A stretch of 62,292 bases of DNA, counting the filler. It is 6 parts of 6 records of this genome, joined end to end, with 100 filler letters (N's around TTAATTAATTAA, not from the genome) between each part and the next. Parts side by side here need not be neighbours in the genome. Positions count along the whole stretch, not along the records: positions 1 to 14,825 come from SRR31156797_9626; positions 14,926 to 25,114 come from SRR31156797_9635; 4 more parts are not named here. One strand, 5' to 3'. Each line of letters starts with the position of its first letter. The first letter of the stretch is position 1. Shown in pieces: positions 10,781-20,905 of the stretch. The position numbers and the translations under genes are program-made. Below the pieces are notes generated by a model. That model had not been told where the DNA came from. It ran no database searches and was given only the letters and a program-made list of their open reading frames with translations.

Positions 10781-11455
10781 CTAAATTTCACCTGAAAGAT
10801 TTTTTTCAGCAAGAACAACTTCTGCAAGAGCGTTAATTACGCATGCCGCAAGCGCAGAGCCCCCCTTCCTCCCTTCAATGGCAATATAAGGAACAACCCC
10901 GCAATTCACCAATAAGGCCTTGGATTCCGCAGCATTCACAAAGCCAACAGGCATGCCTACAACCAGTGCAGGAGGAGCCATCTTTCCTTCTTCAACCAAA
11001 TTGACCAACCGGATGAGAGCCGTCGGTGCATTACCAATAACATGAATAGCCGGCTTCAAAGAAGATGCTGCCAGCTCGAGCGCTGCATGCGCACGGGTGG
11101 TGGATTTGTTTTTGGCGGATGCAATAACTTCCGGGTCATTCATCAAACAGCGAACCTCGCACCCCAAAGGGGTCATCCTGCGCATAGGAATTCCACAACG
11201 AGCCATTTCGGTATCGGTGACAATAGTACATCCGAGCCGCAAGGCATCAAGGCCGGAAGCAACTGCTTCCGGGTGAAAACGAACAAGGTCAATCAGCTCA
11301 AAATCAGCAGTAGTATGGACCATACGCCTTGCGATCTGCCATTCAATACCGTCAAACCTGCGTGGTTCCGGAACTTCGGAATCAATAATTTCAAAAGACT
11401 TTTTTTCAATATCGCCGGGCTTTACCACGGCCATCAGTTCTACTTTCCCGGACAA
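10781..11455 (-). CDS. cobH: Precorrin-8X methylmutase (CobH/CbiC)
   Basis: IEKKSFEII, IGNAPTAL, PVGFVNAAESK and GRKGGS motifs; TTG start with an AGGAG RBS. Confidence 0.9.
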   Translation of the reverse strand: MSGKVELMAVVKPGDIEKKSFEIIDSEVPEPRRFDGIEWQIARRMVHTTADFELIDLVRFHPEAVASGLDALRLGCTIVTDTEMARCGIPMRRMTPLGCEVRCLMNDPEVIASAKNKSTTRAHAALELAASSLKPAIHVIGNAPTALIRLVNLVEEGKMAPPALVVGMPVGFVNAAESKALLVNCGVVPYIAIEGRKGGSALAACVINALAEVVLAEKNLSGEI

Positions 11456-11458
11456 AAA

Positions 11459-12112
11459 TTATCTCCTTATTATAGCAAGGGAAGAGGAAGTTCCTATCCT
11501 GCTGGCTCCGGCCTGCAACAGCTCCTGAGCCTGTTCATATGTTTTAATTCCCCCGCTGGCCTTTACGCCGACATCGTCGCCCACAACAGAACGCATGAGC
11601 TTGATATCCTCCACGCAGGCGCATCCGGGAGCAAAGCCGGTGCATGTCTTAACAAAAGAGGCACCTGCTGTCACCGCAAGATCACAGGCAATTTTTTTCT
11701 GGTCATCATCAAGGAGTCCGGTTTCAATAATTGCTTTTACCGGAACTCCGCCTGCTCCTTCCACGGTCATAAAAATATCATTCAAAAAAACTTTACGGTC
11801 ACCGGCTTTCAAGGCTCCAATATTGACCACCATATCCAGTTCACGTGCACCCTTTTCAACAGCACGCATGGCTTCAAGCATTTTAACTTCCGTTAAAGTT
11901 GAACCAGAAGGAAAACCAATTACAGAACAAACAATGGGTTTTTCATCTGCCAAAAACTCCGCAGCCCGGGCTATATGAGAAGGATGAACACAAACAGATG
12001 CAAAATCGTACTGGACTGCCTCCCGGCAGAGCTGCTCAATATCTGCAGGAACTGCTGATACGCTCAACAAGGTGTGGTCAATGTACGAAGCAAGTTTCTC
12101 TATTTTGTCCAT
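11459..12112 (-). CDS. deoC: Deoxyribose-phosphate aldolase
   Basis: IDHTLL, VIGFPSG, FVKT, VKASGGI and RIGTS motifs. Confidence 0.93.
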   Translation of the reverse strand: MDKIEKLASYIDHTLLSVSAVPADIEQLCREAVQYDFASVCVHPSHIARAAEFLADEKPIVCSVIGFPSGSTLTEVKMLEAMRAVEKGARELDMVVNIGALKAGDRKVFLNDIFMTVEGAGGVPVKAIIETGLLDDDQKKIACDLAVTAGASFVKTCTGFAPGCACVEDIKLMRSVVGDDVGVKASGGIKTYEQAQELLQAGASRIGTSSSLAIIRR

Positions 12113-12258
12113 CTCTGCCTCACAGCTTAAAAATTAAGAATACACGATTCAGAAGCCTACACAAAATGGCAGCCTCTGAAACAAGACCAGACTCCCCATT
12201 AGAACGACACTAATCGAATTAGAAATTTCGGTCAAAATAAAGTTACAATAGCGTAAAA

Positions 12259-12290
12259 GAAAACCCCTGCTTCACTTGAAACAGGGGTTA
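12259..12290 (-). terminator. Intrinsic terminator after the ABC permease
   Basis: AACCCCTG...CAGGGGTT stem with a T-run on the minus strand. Confidence 0.6.
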
Positions 12291-12314
12291 AATGTTTAAT
12301 ATCCAGTTAAATTA

Positions 12315-13010
12315 CTAACGATCTCTGGCCTGATACTTTGCCATATGAGCTTCCATACGACGGCTTGCCCAAGTCAGCACATAGCAGACTATGAAATAAA
12401 GAAGCGCAATGGCGATAAAAATTTCCGTGGGCGCGGACAAGGTTCTGTTGTTAACCTGTGTGGCTGTACGGGTCAGCTCGTTCACCCCAATGATATAGGC
12501 AAGAGAGGTATCCTTGGTAAGAGATACGAACTGGTTAACAAAGGAAGGAATCATATTGCGCAAGGCCTGCGGCAGGATTACGTAGCGCATGGCCTGAACA
12601 TGAGAAAGACCTGTCCCCCTTGCAGCTTCCATCTGTCCTCTCGGCAAGGCGATAACCCCGGCTTTTACGATTTCACCGATATATGCACCGGTAAAAACAA
12701 TAAAAGCAACTAAGGCACACTGAAATTCCGGCAGGGAGCGACCAAGCACAACCGGAGCCAGAAAATAGAACCAAAAGATGAGCATCAGCAGGGGAATCCC
12801 GCGAATAACTTCAATATAAACGACAGATACGGACTTAACCAGCCTATTGCGGGAAAGACGCATCAAACCTGCGGCAAGACCGATCCAGAAAGCACCGAAA
12901 ATACCGAGCAAGGCCAGAATAATACTGGCTGCCAGACCGCCGATAGGTCCGTCAGGAAAAGCGCCCCAGAGAAAATAATCAAAGTTGTTCCAAACTACAT
13001 CCCATTGCAC
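12315..13010 (-). CDS. Polar amino acid ABC transporter permease
   Basis: RGIPLL, EAA loop (QMEAARGTGLS) and KDTSL motifs. Confidence 0.9.
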   Translation of the reverse strand: MQWDVVWNNFDYFLWGAFPDGPIGGLAASIILALLGIFGAFWIGLAAGLMRLSRNRLVKSVSVVYIEVIRGIPLLMLIFWFYFLAPVVLGRSLPEFQCALVAFIVFTGAYIGEIVKAGVIALPRGQMEAARGTGLSHVQAMRYVILPQALRNMIPSFVNQFVSLTKDTSLAYIIGVNELTRTATQVNNRTLSAPTEIFIAIALLYFIVCYVLTWASRRMEAHMAKYQARDR

Positions 13011-13022
13011 GAGACGCCACTC

Positions 13023-13724
13023 CTAGTATTTAATTTGCAGCAGGAAATGCTTGTTATACATATTGATCATGAGTGACACGATCAGCGAGATACACAGATA
13101 GATAACGGTCGCCACAGTAAATGCCTCGAATCCGTGGAAAGTATAGGATTCGATCTGACGGGCCATGTATGTGAGGTCCATAACCCCGATAGTCATGACC
13201 AGTGACGAGTTTTTAATAAGGTTCAGCGACTGTGAAATAAGTGGGGGTATGATGATTCTGAAAGCCTGCGGCAGAATAACGTAGCGGTAGGCTTGCAGAA
13301 AAGAAAGCCCGGTCGCACGGGACGCTTCCAGCTGGTTCTTGGGGATGGAGTTGATTCCGGCCCTGATTTCCTCGGCCACAAACGCGGCAGTATAAACGGT
13401 CAGGGAGATAACCCCGGCTGCAAATTCGAAATCATGATCATAAAGCCATTCATTTACCCCATCAGGCAGAATGGAATATGAACCGAAATACCAGAAAAAT
13501 ATCTGAATCAGCAAAGGTGTGTTTCTAAAAAACTCAACAAAAGCAAAGCTGAACCATTCAAATGGCTTGAACTTGGACATACGCATGACTGCGACAATTG
13601 TCCCAAGAAGCAGTGTAAATACGATAGATACCGCGGATATCTGAAGGGTTACCTTGACCCCGTCGATAATCCACTGCCCGTACTGTCCGCTAAGAACCAG
13701 ATTCCAATCAAACTGATAATTCAA
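13023..13724 (-). CDS. Polar amino acid ABC transporter permease
   Basis: FRNTPLL, QLEASRATGLS and KNSSL motifs; TTG start inferred. Confidence 0.88.
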   Translation of the reverse strand: MNYQFDWNLVLSGQYGQWIIDGVKVTLQISAVSIVFTLLLGTIVAVMRMSKFKPFEWFSFAFVEFFRNTPLLIQIFFWYFGSYSILPDGVNEWLYDHDFEFAAGVISLTVYTAAFVAEEIRAGINSIPKNQLEASRATGLSFLQAYRYVILPQAFRIIIPPLISQSLNLIKNSSLVMTIGVMDLTYMARQIESYTFHGFEAFTVATVIYLCISLIVSLMINMYNKHFLLQIKY

Positions 13725-13807
13725 AACATCTATCCGTTGTTTTCGGGAAGACCGTGCAGGCACGGCCTTCCCGTTATCTTACAGAACTAAAACCTCAGGC
13801 TGTCGGC

Positions 13808-14623
13808 TTAGGGCCAAACTTCCATGTTCCAGGTAAGGGGCAGGTAGTACTTGGTATCAGGACCGAACCACTTGTTGTATGCTTTCTTGTAGTCGCCGGA
13901 CTTCCACATTTTGATGAGAGCCTGGTTGACTGCATCGCGGAAGTTGGACTCGTTCTCGGGAAGACCGATGCCGTAAGGCTCGGGGGAGATAAACTCACCT
14001 ACGATTTCCCACTTTTCGGGGTTGGGGTCGGAATTCTTGAGACCGAGGAGAATAGTGGAGTCAGTAGTAACTGCTTTAACTTTACCCTGTTTGAGGGCAA
14101 GCATTGCCTGAGGGTAACCTTCGAAGGAAAGGACCTTACAATCAGGCTGTGCAGCCAGAATGTTCTGCTCAGAAGTGGAACCTTTGGCGGTACCGACTTT
14201 CTTGCCTTTCAGGTCAGCAACAGATTTGATGCCGGAACCTTTTTTAACGAGCAGTTTCTGACCGTCCATGAAGTAGGTGATGGAAAAGTCAATGGTGTCG
14301 TCACGGGCAATTTTGTGAGTCATGGTAGCAGCAGCAAGGTCAATGGAACCCTGAACAACCATGGGGATACGGGTGGCGGAAGTTACGGGCTTGAACTCAG
14401 CCTTAACACCCAGTTCCTTGGCGATGTATTTGCAAATGTCGATATCAAGGCCGACAAGTTTCTTGGTGTCTGCATCGATGTAACCGAAGGGCACAACAGC
14501 ATCCTTAACACCACTGACCAAAACGCCGCGGGCTTTTACTTCCTGCAACTTATCGGCCATTGCGACGGATGCGCAAAGGGCCATCGCCAAAACCATAGCA
14601 ACAACAATTGAGAGTCTTCTCAT
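13808..14623 (-). CDS. Amino acid ABC transporter periplasmic binding protein (SBP family 3)
   Basis: Signal peptide MRRLSIVVAM..., AGGAGG RBS, GLDID...TRIP motif. Confidence 0.9.
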   Translation of the reverse strand: MRRLSIVVAMVLAMALCASVAMADKLQEVKARGVLVSGVKDAVVPFGYIDADTKKLVGLDIDICKYIAKELGVKAEFKPVTSATRIPMVVQGSIDLAAATMTHKIARDDTIDFSITYFMDGQKLLVKKGSGIKSVADLKGKKVGTAKGSTSEQNILAAQPDCKVLSFEGYPQAMLALKQGKVKAVTTDSTILLGLKNSDPNPEKWEIVGEFISPEPYGIGLPENESNFRDAVNQALIKMWKSGDYKKAYNKWFGPDTKYYLPLTWNMEVWP

Positions 14624-14680
14624 CAGGGTCCTCCTGAAAAATTTAAGGTTACCTACCAATACCGCCGGCAAGAGCGATAA

Positions 14681-14824
14681 TTACAAAATCTCCTTCAAAA
14701 ACATCTTGGCTCGTTCATGTTTAGGATTGCGGAAGAACTCCTCCGGGGGAGCCTGTTCAATAACTTCACCGCCATCCATGAAAATTACGCGATCAGCCAC
14801 TTCGCGGGCAAAGCCCATTTCGTG
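14681..14824 (-). CDS. Amino acid ABC ATPase, C-terminal fragment (contig edge)
   Basis: Manual translation HEMGFAREVADRVIFMDGG...FLKEIL*, a GlnQ-type C-terminus. Confidence 0.85.
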   Translation of the reverse strand, partial: HEMGFAREVADRVIFMDGGEVIEQAPPEEFFRNPKHERAKMFLKEIL

Positions 14825-14825
14825 G

Positions 14826-14925
14826 NNNNNNNNNNNNNNNNNNNNNNNNNNNNNNNNNNNNNNNNNNNNTTAATTAATTAANNNNNNNNNNNNNNNNNNN
14901 NNNNNNNNNNNNNNNNNNNNNNNNN
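14826..14925. other. Artificial contig spacer
   Basis: N44-TTAATTAATTAA-N44, which gives stops in all six frames. Confidence 0.99.
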
Positions 14926-15150
14926 GAATTTGAAAACAGGGTCAAGTTCATGATGGACCATTACGATATGTCCCGGAAAAAGTCCGAGCGGACGGTGACA
15001 AACGAAGACAAAAGGCGGGATAGCCTCTACAAGCGTTTGGGAAAGACCGACTATGAGAGTCCACAGCTTTACCATGAAGTGATGAACATGGGCCGATTAA
15101 GCTTGGAAGAGGCAAAGAATATGGTATGCAAACTCGTTCAAAAGGATTGA
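14926..15150 (+). CDS. Cytidylate kinase-like family protein, C-terminal fragment
   Basis: Frame open from the contig edge; EDKRR..LY..LG..DY...LYH.V.N pattern. Confidence 0.55.
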   Translation, partial: EFENRVKFMMDHYDMSRKKSERTVTNEDKRRDSLYKRLGKTDYESPQLYHEVMNMGRLSLEEAKNMVCKLVQKD

Positions 15151-15243
15151 TTTTGGTCTGTCACTGAAAAACCTGCCGACTTGCTTTCCCGCTATCACTG
15201 GAATTGGCCCTGAGGATGTCAGATGATTGAAGACGGCACTCGT

Positions 15244-15274
15244 AAAGCAAAGCCGGTTTTCGGCTTTGCTTTTT
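15244..15274 (+). terminator. Intrinsic terminator upstream of the metK promoter
   Basis: AAAGCAAAGCCG/CGGCTTTGCTTT stem followed by T-run. Confidence 0.75.
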
Positions 15275-15281
15275 CAATTTA

Positions 15282-15310
15282 TTGACATCGTATTTTTTTT
15301 GTTCTAATGC
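15282..15310 (+). promoter_or_regulatory. Putative sigma70 promoter of metK
   Basis: Perfect TTGACA at 15282; weak -10 (TCTAAT or TAATGC). Confidence 0.4.
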
Positions 15311-15423
15311 CCTAAAAGTCTAAGCTGAATGCTAAAATCGCACAGGTCCGTGCGCTGATTTTTCCGGTGGAAAAATAGTTTCCGGGGTGGTGCATGACCG
15401 ATATTTCGAAAAGGAGATCACCC

Positions 15424-16590
15424 ATGACCCAAAAGTTTTTGTTTACATCTGAATCGGTTACCGAAGGACACCCGGATAAGGTGGCTGACGCCATATCCGA
15501 TTCCATCCTTGACGCGATCATGGAAAAGGACAAAAATTGCCGCGTAGCCTGCGAAACCTTGGTGACAACCGGCCTTGCCTTTATCGCCGGTGAAATCACG
15601 ACCGATTGCTATGTCGATATGCCGCAGATTGTCAGAGATACCATCAAGGACATTGGTTATCACTCCTCTCAGATGGGTTTTGATTGGCGAACCTGCTCAG
15701 TCGTTACCAGCATCGACCACCAAAGCCAGGACATTGCCCAGGGTGTGAATACCGGAGAAGGTTTATTTAAAGATCAGGGCGCCGGTGACCAGGGGTTGAT
15801 GTTCGGATTCGCAACGGACGAGACGCCTGAACTGATGCCGATGCCTATTATGTACGCACACAAGCTGACCCAGAGACTGACCCAGGTAAGAAAAAACGGA
15901 GCCATCGATTTTTTGCGGCCGGACGGTAAGTCTCAGGTAACCATTGAATACGAGGACGGTCAACCGAAACGTGTGGATACCATTGTCGTCTCCAGTCAGC
16001 ATAAACCGGACGTCACCCATGACAATCTGCGGGAAGCCATTGTGGAAGAGGTGATCAAAAAAGTTATTCCCTTGGAAATGATCGATGGAGATACCCGCTA
16101 TTTTATAAATCCCACAGGGCGGTTTGTCGTAGGCGGCCCCATGGGCGATTGCGGTCTGACGGGCAGAAAGATCATTGTCGATACCTATGGTGGACAGGGC
16201 AGTCACGGTGGTGGATGTTTTTCCGGAAAGGACCCCTCCAAAGTGGATCGCAGTGCTTCCTACATGGGACGGTATGTAGCAAAAAATATCGTCGCGGCCG
16301 GACTGGCAAAAAAATGCGAGGTGCAGGTTGCCTATGCCATTGGTGTGGCTCAGCCGGTATCTGTCATGATCGATTTGATGGGTACGGGAAAGATCCCCAA
16401 CGAAAAAGTAGAGGAGATCGTCAAGGAGGTTTTCGATCTTCGACCGGCTGCCATTATTGAAAACCTTGATCTTCTCCGCCCGATCTACAGGGCCACCTCC
16501 GCGTATGGCCATTTTGGACGGTCCGGACCTGGGTTCACATGGGAACAAACAGATAAAGCGGAGATTTTGAGACAGACGGCTGGGTTGTAA
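15424..16590 (+). CDS. metK: S-adenosylmethionine synthetase
   Basis: [19 protein letters not shown] and [25 protein letters not shown]. Confidence 0.97.
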   Translation: MTQKFLFTSESVTEGHPDKVADAISDSILDAIMEKDKNCRVACETLVTTGLAFIAGEITTDCYVDMPQIVRDTIKDIGYHSSQMGFDWRTCSVVTSIDHQSQDIAQGVNTGEGLFKDQGAGDQGLMFGFATDETPELMPMPIMYAHKLTQRLTQVRKNGAIDFLRPDGKSQVTIEYEDGQPKRVDTIVVSSQHKPDVTHDNLREAIVEEVIKKVIPLEMIDGDTRYFINPTGRFVVGGPMGDCGLTGRKIIVDTYGGQGSHGGGCFSGKDPSKVDRSASYMGRYVAKNIVAAGLAKKCEVQVAYAIGVAQPVSVMIDLMGTGKIPNEKVEEIVKEVFDLRPAAIIENLDLLRPIYRATSAYGHFGRSGPGFTWEQTDKAEILRQTAGL

Positions 16591-16689
16591 ACGGACAAAT
16601 CGTAGTTATCTTATTCATCGTTCCAGTTTTTTTCAACATTTACGAATTCAATTTTGGATCTGCGTGAATGAAGTGTTGCAAAGAACCAA

Positions 16690-16717
16690 CAGGGGGCTAA
16701 CCGGCCCCCTGCTTTTT
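16690..16717 (+). terminator. Terminator-like hairpin between metK and ahcY
   Basis: CAGGGGGC-TAACCG-GCCCCCTG followed by CTTTTT. Confidence 0.6.
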
Positions 16718-16911
16718 ACTGGTGTTTGTTCGTTGTTTTCAAACCGGGTGTTTGCCACCCGGTACTAACCTGAACGATGAAAGCACGACGTGTTTTTGTC
16801 TTCCCGGCCTAACGTCGGAAACCCAAACCACCCGCTTCGGTCGTGGTGGTTGAATCGGAGGAGGGGTTCGTTGGCCTTTTCCGTAAGAGCACTATTTCTG
16901 GAGGAATAATA

Positions 16912-18366
16912 ATGACGCTTGCCGAAAAAGTCGTGGTTATGGATGGTTCCATGGCCTATGATCCATCATTGCCATACAAAGTTGCGGATATTTCTCAAGC
17001 TGAATTTGGCGACAAGGAGATGCAGCTTTCCGAAAATGAAATGCCCGGGCTCATGGCCGTTCGAGCAAAATATGGCTCACAGCAACCGTTGAAAGGGTTG
17101 CGAGTCACCGGAAGCCTGCACATGACCATTCAGACTGCCATGCTCATCGACACGCTGAAACTTCTCGGTGCCGATATTCGCTGGGCATCGTGCAATATCT
17201 TTTCCACACAGGATCACGCCGCAGCCGCCATCGCCCGCAAAGGATCGGCGGCAGTCTTTGCCTGGAAGGGGGAAAACCTGGAAGAGTATTGGTGGTGCAC
17301 CGAACAGGCATTGATCTGGCCGGATGGAAGTGGACCGGACCTGATCGTCGATGACGGTGGGGATGCAACCATGATGATCCACCAGGGCGTTACTGTTGAA
17401 AAGGATCCCTCCCTTTTCGAAAAAACGTATGATTCAGATGACATGCGTCTTTTGATGGATCGCCTGAAAATCAAATACGAGCAAGACCCGAACTTTTGGT
17501 CCCGAATCGCCGCCAAGATCAAAGGGGTGTCGGAAGAGACCACAACCGGTGTCCATCGGCTTTATCAACTGGCCCAAAACGGCGAGCTTCTTTTTCCCGC
17601 CTTCAATGTTAACGATTCTGTTACAAAATCAAAATTCGACAACCTTTACGGCTGTCGCGAATCCTTGGCCGACGGTATCAAGCGTGCGACGGATGTGATG
17701 ATGGCCGGAAAGGTCATCGTGGTATGTGGCTATGGTGATGTGGGTAAAGGGTGTGCTCACTCCATGCGTGGATACGGTGCACGGGTGTTGATCACCGAGA
17801 TCGATCCCATCTGCGCGCTCCAGGCGGCAATGGAGGGATTTGAAGTCACTACCATAGAGGAGGCCGCCCCCGCCGGAGATATCTTTGTCACTGCTACCGG
17901 TTGTTACCAGGTGATCACTGGAGAACACATGGAGCAGATGAAAAATGAAGCCATTATTTGCAACATCGGGCATTTCGACAACGAAATTGAGATGAGTTAT
18001 CTGGAAAAAAACCCCGACTGCAAAAAGGTTTCCATCAAACCCCAGGTGGACAAGTGGACATTGAAATCGGGTCGAACCATCCTTGTCCTTGCCGAGGGAC
18101 GTCTGGTGAATCTTGGCTGCGCTACCGGGCATCCCAGTTTCGTCATGAGCAATAGTTTTACCAATCAGTGCCTGGCCCAGATCGAGTTGGCATCGGGAGG
18201 GTATGAGAAAAAGGTCTACACCTTGCCGAAGAAACTGGATGAAGAGGTGGCGCGCCTTCATTTGGAGAGGTTAGGGGTCAAATTGAGTACGTTGACCCAG
18301 ATTCAGGCTGATTATCTGGGGGTTCCCGTTGAAGGGCCGTTCAAACCGGATCATTACCGGTATTAA
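16912..18366 (+). CDS. ahcY: S-adenosylhomocysteine hydrolase
   Basis: [32 protein letters not shown] and KPDHYRY motifs; GGAGG RBS before the ATG at 16912. Confidence 0.97.
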   Translation: MTLAEKVVVMDGSMAYDPSLPYKVADISQAEFGDKEMQLSENEMPGLMAVRAKYGSQQPLKGLRVTGSLHMTIQTAMLIDTLKLLGADIRWASCNIFSTQDHAAAAIARKGSAAVFAWKGENLEEYWWCTEQALIWPDGSGPDLIVDDGGDATMMIHQGVTVEKDPSLFEKTYDSDDMRLLMDRLKIKYEQDPNFWSRIAAKIKGVSEETTTGVHRLYQLAQNGELLFPAFNVNDSVTKSKFDNLYGCRESLADGIKRATDVMMAGKVIVVCGYGDVGKGCAHSMRGYGARVLITEIDPICALQAAMEGFEVTTIEEAAPAGDIFVTATGCYQVITGEHMEQMKNEAIICNIGHFDNEIEMSYLEKNPDCKKVSIKPQVDKWTLKSGRTILVLAEGRLVNLGCATGHPSFVMSNSFTNQCLAQIELASGGYEKKVYTLPKKLDEEVARLHLERLGVKLSTLTQIQADYLGVPVEGPFKPDHYRY

Positions 18367-18375
18367 TTGATCTTC

Positions 18376-18412
18376 AACCATCGAAGCAGAAAACTATTCT
18401 GCTTCGATGGTT
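18376..18412. terminator. Long hairpin between convergent genes
   Basis: Perfect 16-bp inverted repeat AACCATCGAAGCAGAA/TTCTGCTTCGATGGTT. Confidence 0.7.
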
Positions 18413-18420
18413 CGTCAGTA

Positions 18421-18777
18421 TCATTGCATTTTTTTCAGTTTCTCATACCCTTGGTCAACGGATTTTTTTTCGTCCGGGGAAGAAACCAACCCCTCGGCCT
18501 TCTTTAAGGTTTCCAATCCGGCATCCACATCACCTCGGTGCCCTTGAACCAGAGCGATTCCAACGTATGCAGGGGCATACCACCGATCAAGATCTACGGC
18601 ACGAAGGAATTCGGTATCCGCCGCATCGATCTTACCACGAGCCAATAGGCTATTTCCATTTTTTACGTGTTGCTCGGGTGTATCCAAGGCTGGCCTCAGG
18701 AAAATGGTATCGGGACCGCAGGCGCTTACTATCAGAATGATGAAGAGAAGGCAGGTAAAGCGGGTGTCTGGGACCAT
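18421..18777 (-). CDS. TPR-like lipoprotein
   Basis: VSAC lipobox, TPR-like helices, GGAGGA RBS before the ATG at 18777. Confidence 0.65.
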   Translation of the reverse strand: MVPDTRFTCLLFIILIVSACGPDTIFLRPALDTPEQHVKNGNSLLARGKIDAADTEFLRAVDLDRWYAPAYVGIALVQGHRGDVDAGLETLKKAEGLVSSPDEKKSVDQGYEKLKKMQ

Positions 18778-18827
18778 CGTAACTCCTCCCATGGATCTTG
18801 ATTACAAAACAAAGGATACCCTTTTGG

Positions 18828-19724
18828 TTATGGATCGGAACGAGGATCCATAACGATGCTGACCCGGCACGCTTTCAAGAGATTCAGGTGAACGACCGAA
18901 CTCCTCAGCCGGGCGGCATCGGTATTGGAAATCACCATGTTTGTTTTTTCGCCCGGAACTGTTCGTATTGCCTTTACAATCAACGGGTAATCTCCAATTT
19001 GTTTGTCATTCCGGGCTTTGTTCAAGGAGGTGGCAAAGCTGCACATCCCCCTTGATACAGCAAATTCACGACTGACGAAAGCGGGTCCGTAAACCACTTC
19101 TCCGTATTCATCGACGATTTTTGGTACCAATGATGGGATTGCACCGATACCACTGGCATCGATGATCAATCCCGAATGCCGGATTTTCTTTGTTGTGCCT
19201 ACGGCCCCGGTACTGTCGCCTGTTTTTCGATTTTTTGCCATCAGGGGTGTTACCGGTTCAACCTGACGAATTTCATGGGGCAAAACGAATTGGGCGAAAC
19301 CGCCGGTCAGGCTCATGGTTAAGTTAATTTTAAGGGTGCCGTCAGACAGGTATTCCTGATCCGTGATCGAGGCATTTTGTGTTAGTGCCGACAGGCCTTT
19401 CCTAAAAGTTTCACTTCGGTACATACGATCTGAGACCTTGGTGTTTGCATCGATCTGGATGGCACTTGAGGTAGTGATTAAATTGGACTGCGCCATTTTC
19501 CATGCAGCGTCAAGGATTTCCGAGGGAGATGGGGAGGGGCCCTTTTTGCTGTTCTTCGTCGGTGCGGCAACACCGATTACACGGATGGTACCAGCACTCC
19601 AATCGATGGTACCCGTTACCAGATCCTGCGTTAGTGCATTGGTTGCAAACGCAGGTAAAGGGACAATCGCCAGGAAGATCAAAATGATCGGTAGTATGAG
19701 GTAATAAACCGATTTTACTTTCAA
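18828..19724 (-). CDS. Secreted LPP20-like hypothetical protein
   Basis: Signal peptide; IDW..G.I...G and SGLIIDA.G.....SL.PKI.DE.G..VYG patterns. Confidence 0.6.
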   Translation of the reverse strand: MKVKSVYYLILPIILIFLAIVPLPAFATNALTQDLVTGTIDWSAGTIRVIGVAAPTKNSKKGPSPSPSEILDAAWKMAQSNLITTSSAIQIDANTKVSDRMYRSETFRKGLSALTQNASITDQEYLSDGTLKINLTMSLTGGFAQFVLPHEIRQVEPVTPLMAKNRKTGDSTGAVGTTKKIRHSGLIIDASGIGAIPSLVPKIVDEYGEVVYGPAFVSREFAVSRGMCSFATSLNKARNDKQIGDYPLIVKAIRTVPGEKTNMVISNTDAARLRSSVVHLNLLKACRVSIVMDPRSDP

Positions 19725-19801
19725 ATTTTGATTGATAACCTTTCGGTAACGATACTTGAAAAAGTATAGGGGAAGCCGATAGATAAGTCAAATTGTCAAA
19801 T

Positions 19802-20698
19802 TCATCCGAGACTTTTCATAATCCGATCTTTTTCCGTCAATCCGGATATCCATTTTTCGGGAATCGCATCCATTCCGTGAGCGGCTGCAAGAATCGCCCC
19901 CGCCAGAATTCCCCTGGCGGATGAATCGCCGCCTGCCATGACGTTTTCTACCATGGCGGTTTCAAAATCTTCTTCATATCGGGCGATCAAATGGATAGCG
20001 CCGGGAAGCCCGGCTTCGACGCTGCACATCTGCCCGAATTCGGCAATGGTGTCGTGTGTGTTTCCATTACGGCTATTCAATCCCAAGGTGATCAGATCGG
20101 AAATGGCACCATAGGTGGCATTGCCTTTCAGGGTTTTTTCCATCGCAGAAAGGGGTGAGGTGCCCTCAAGGACAGTGGCAATGCAGTTTGCAAAATAGTC
20201 TGCAGACAAAAGGACCTGTTCATTGTTGTGGGTGATGGCCGTCTGCGCTTTTGCGGCCGTCACCAGTTGCACCTTCTCTTCTCCGTACATAGGCAGCAGT
20301 GCCACCAGTCTTGAAGCTCCTGCAAGATCATCTGAATTTGATCCGCTTTCCGTTAGTGGCTTGCCTGCCTCCATGTTGGCCAGTGTCTCTTTGGTGGCTT
20401 TATCAAAATACCCGTCGTATGTTGAAAAATAATTTTTCCACATCTGTGCAAAGCGTGTTGCGTCAAAATCATGGTCATTGCCCAACGATTCCAATAGCAC
20501 GAGCATTTGGTCTCCGTAATGGGTGAAATCACCTGCGGCCTTCCCTTTGTGGTAGGAGGTTAGCGGATCGAAATACCGATCCACCTTCCCAAATTTTTTT
20601 TCAATCACGCGGGTGTTGTAAACCCAGTGAACTCCCAAAGATAGGGCATCTGCTACAAATCCTCCAAATACCACCGCCGCCTTTTTGTTTTTATTCAT
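19802..20698 (-). CDS. ADP-ribosylglycohydrolase family protein
   Basis: ADALSLG, THYGDQ, TH and AGGDS.ARG...GA...G..AIP.KW motifs. Confidence 0.85.
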   Translation of the reverse strand: MNKNKKAAVVFGGFVADALSLGVHWVYNTRVIEKKFGKVDRYFDPLTSYHKGKAAGDFTHYGDQMLVLLESLGNDHDFDATRFAQMWKNYFSTYDGYFDKATKETLANMEAGKPLTESGSNSDDLAGASRLVALLPMYGEEKVQLVTAAKAQTAITHNNEQVLLSADYFANCIATVLEGTSPLSAMEKTLKGNATYGAISDLITLGLNSRNGNTHDTIAEFGQMCSVEAGLPGAIHLIARYEEDFETAMVENVMAGGDSSARGILAGAILAAAHGMDAIPEKWISGLTEKDRIMKSLG

Positions 20699-20905
20699 GA
20701 CCGGCTCCTTTTCGGTTGTTTGTTGCTTGATGTACCCACTGCCGATTATCTGGTACAGTATAGCGGAAACAAGGGAGGGTCAAGTCGGGGTTGACTTTCG
20801 TCGATCTTCACAGTATTTCACAGTATTTCCAACAATATGTGGATGTCTCGCATCTGATTAACAAAATGGGCTTAGCCTTTATTAAACTTCGGCAATAGGG
20901 AAACG

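Noticed and set aside
15191-15242. CTATCA...TGGCCCTGAGGA upstream of metK, resembling a SAM-I or SAH riboswitch
   Set aside because: It lacks the GAGGGA kink-turn, GCAAC and GGTGC elements and the closing P1 helix, and it lies upstream of the putative metK promoter.
11042-18261. Long opposite-strand ORFs over cobH/deoC, the ABC binding protein, metK and ahcY
   Set aside because: Antisense shadows of well-supported conserved genes.
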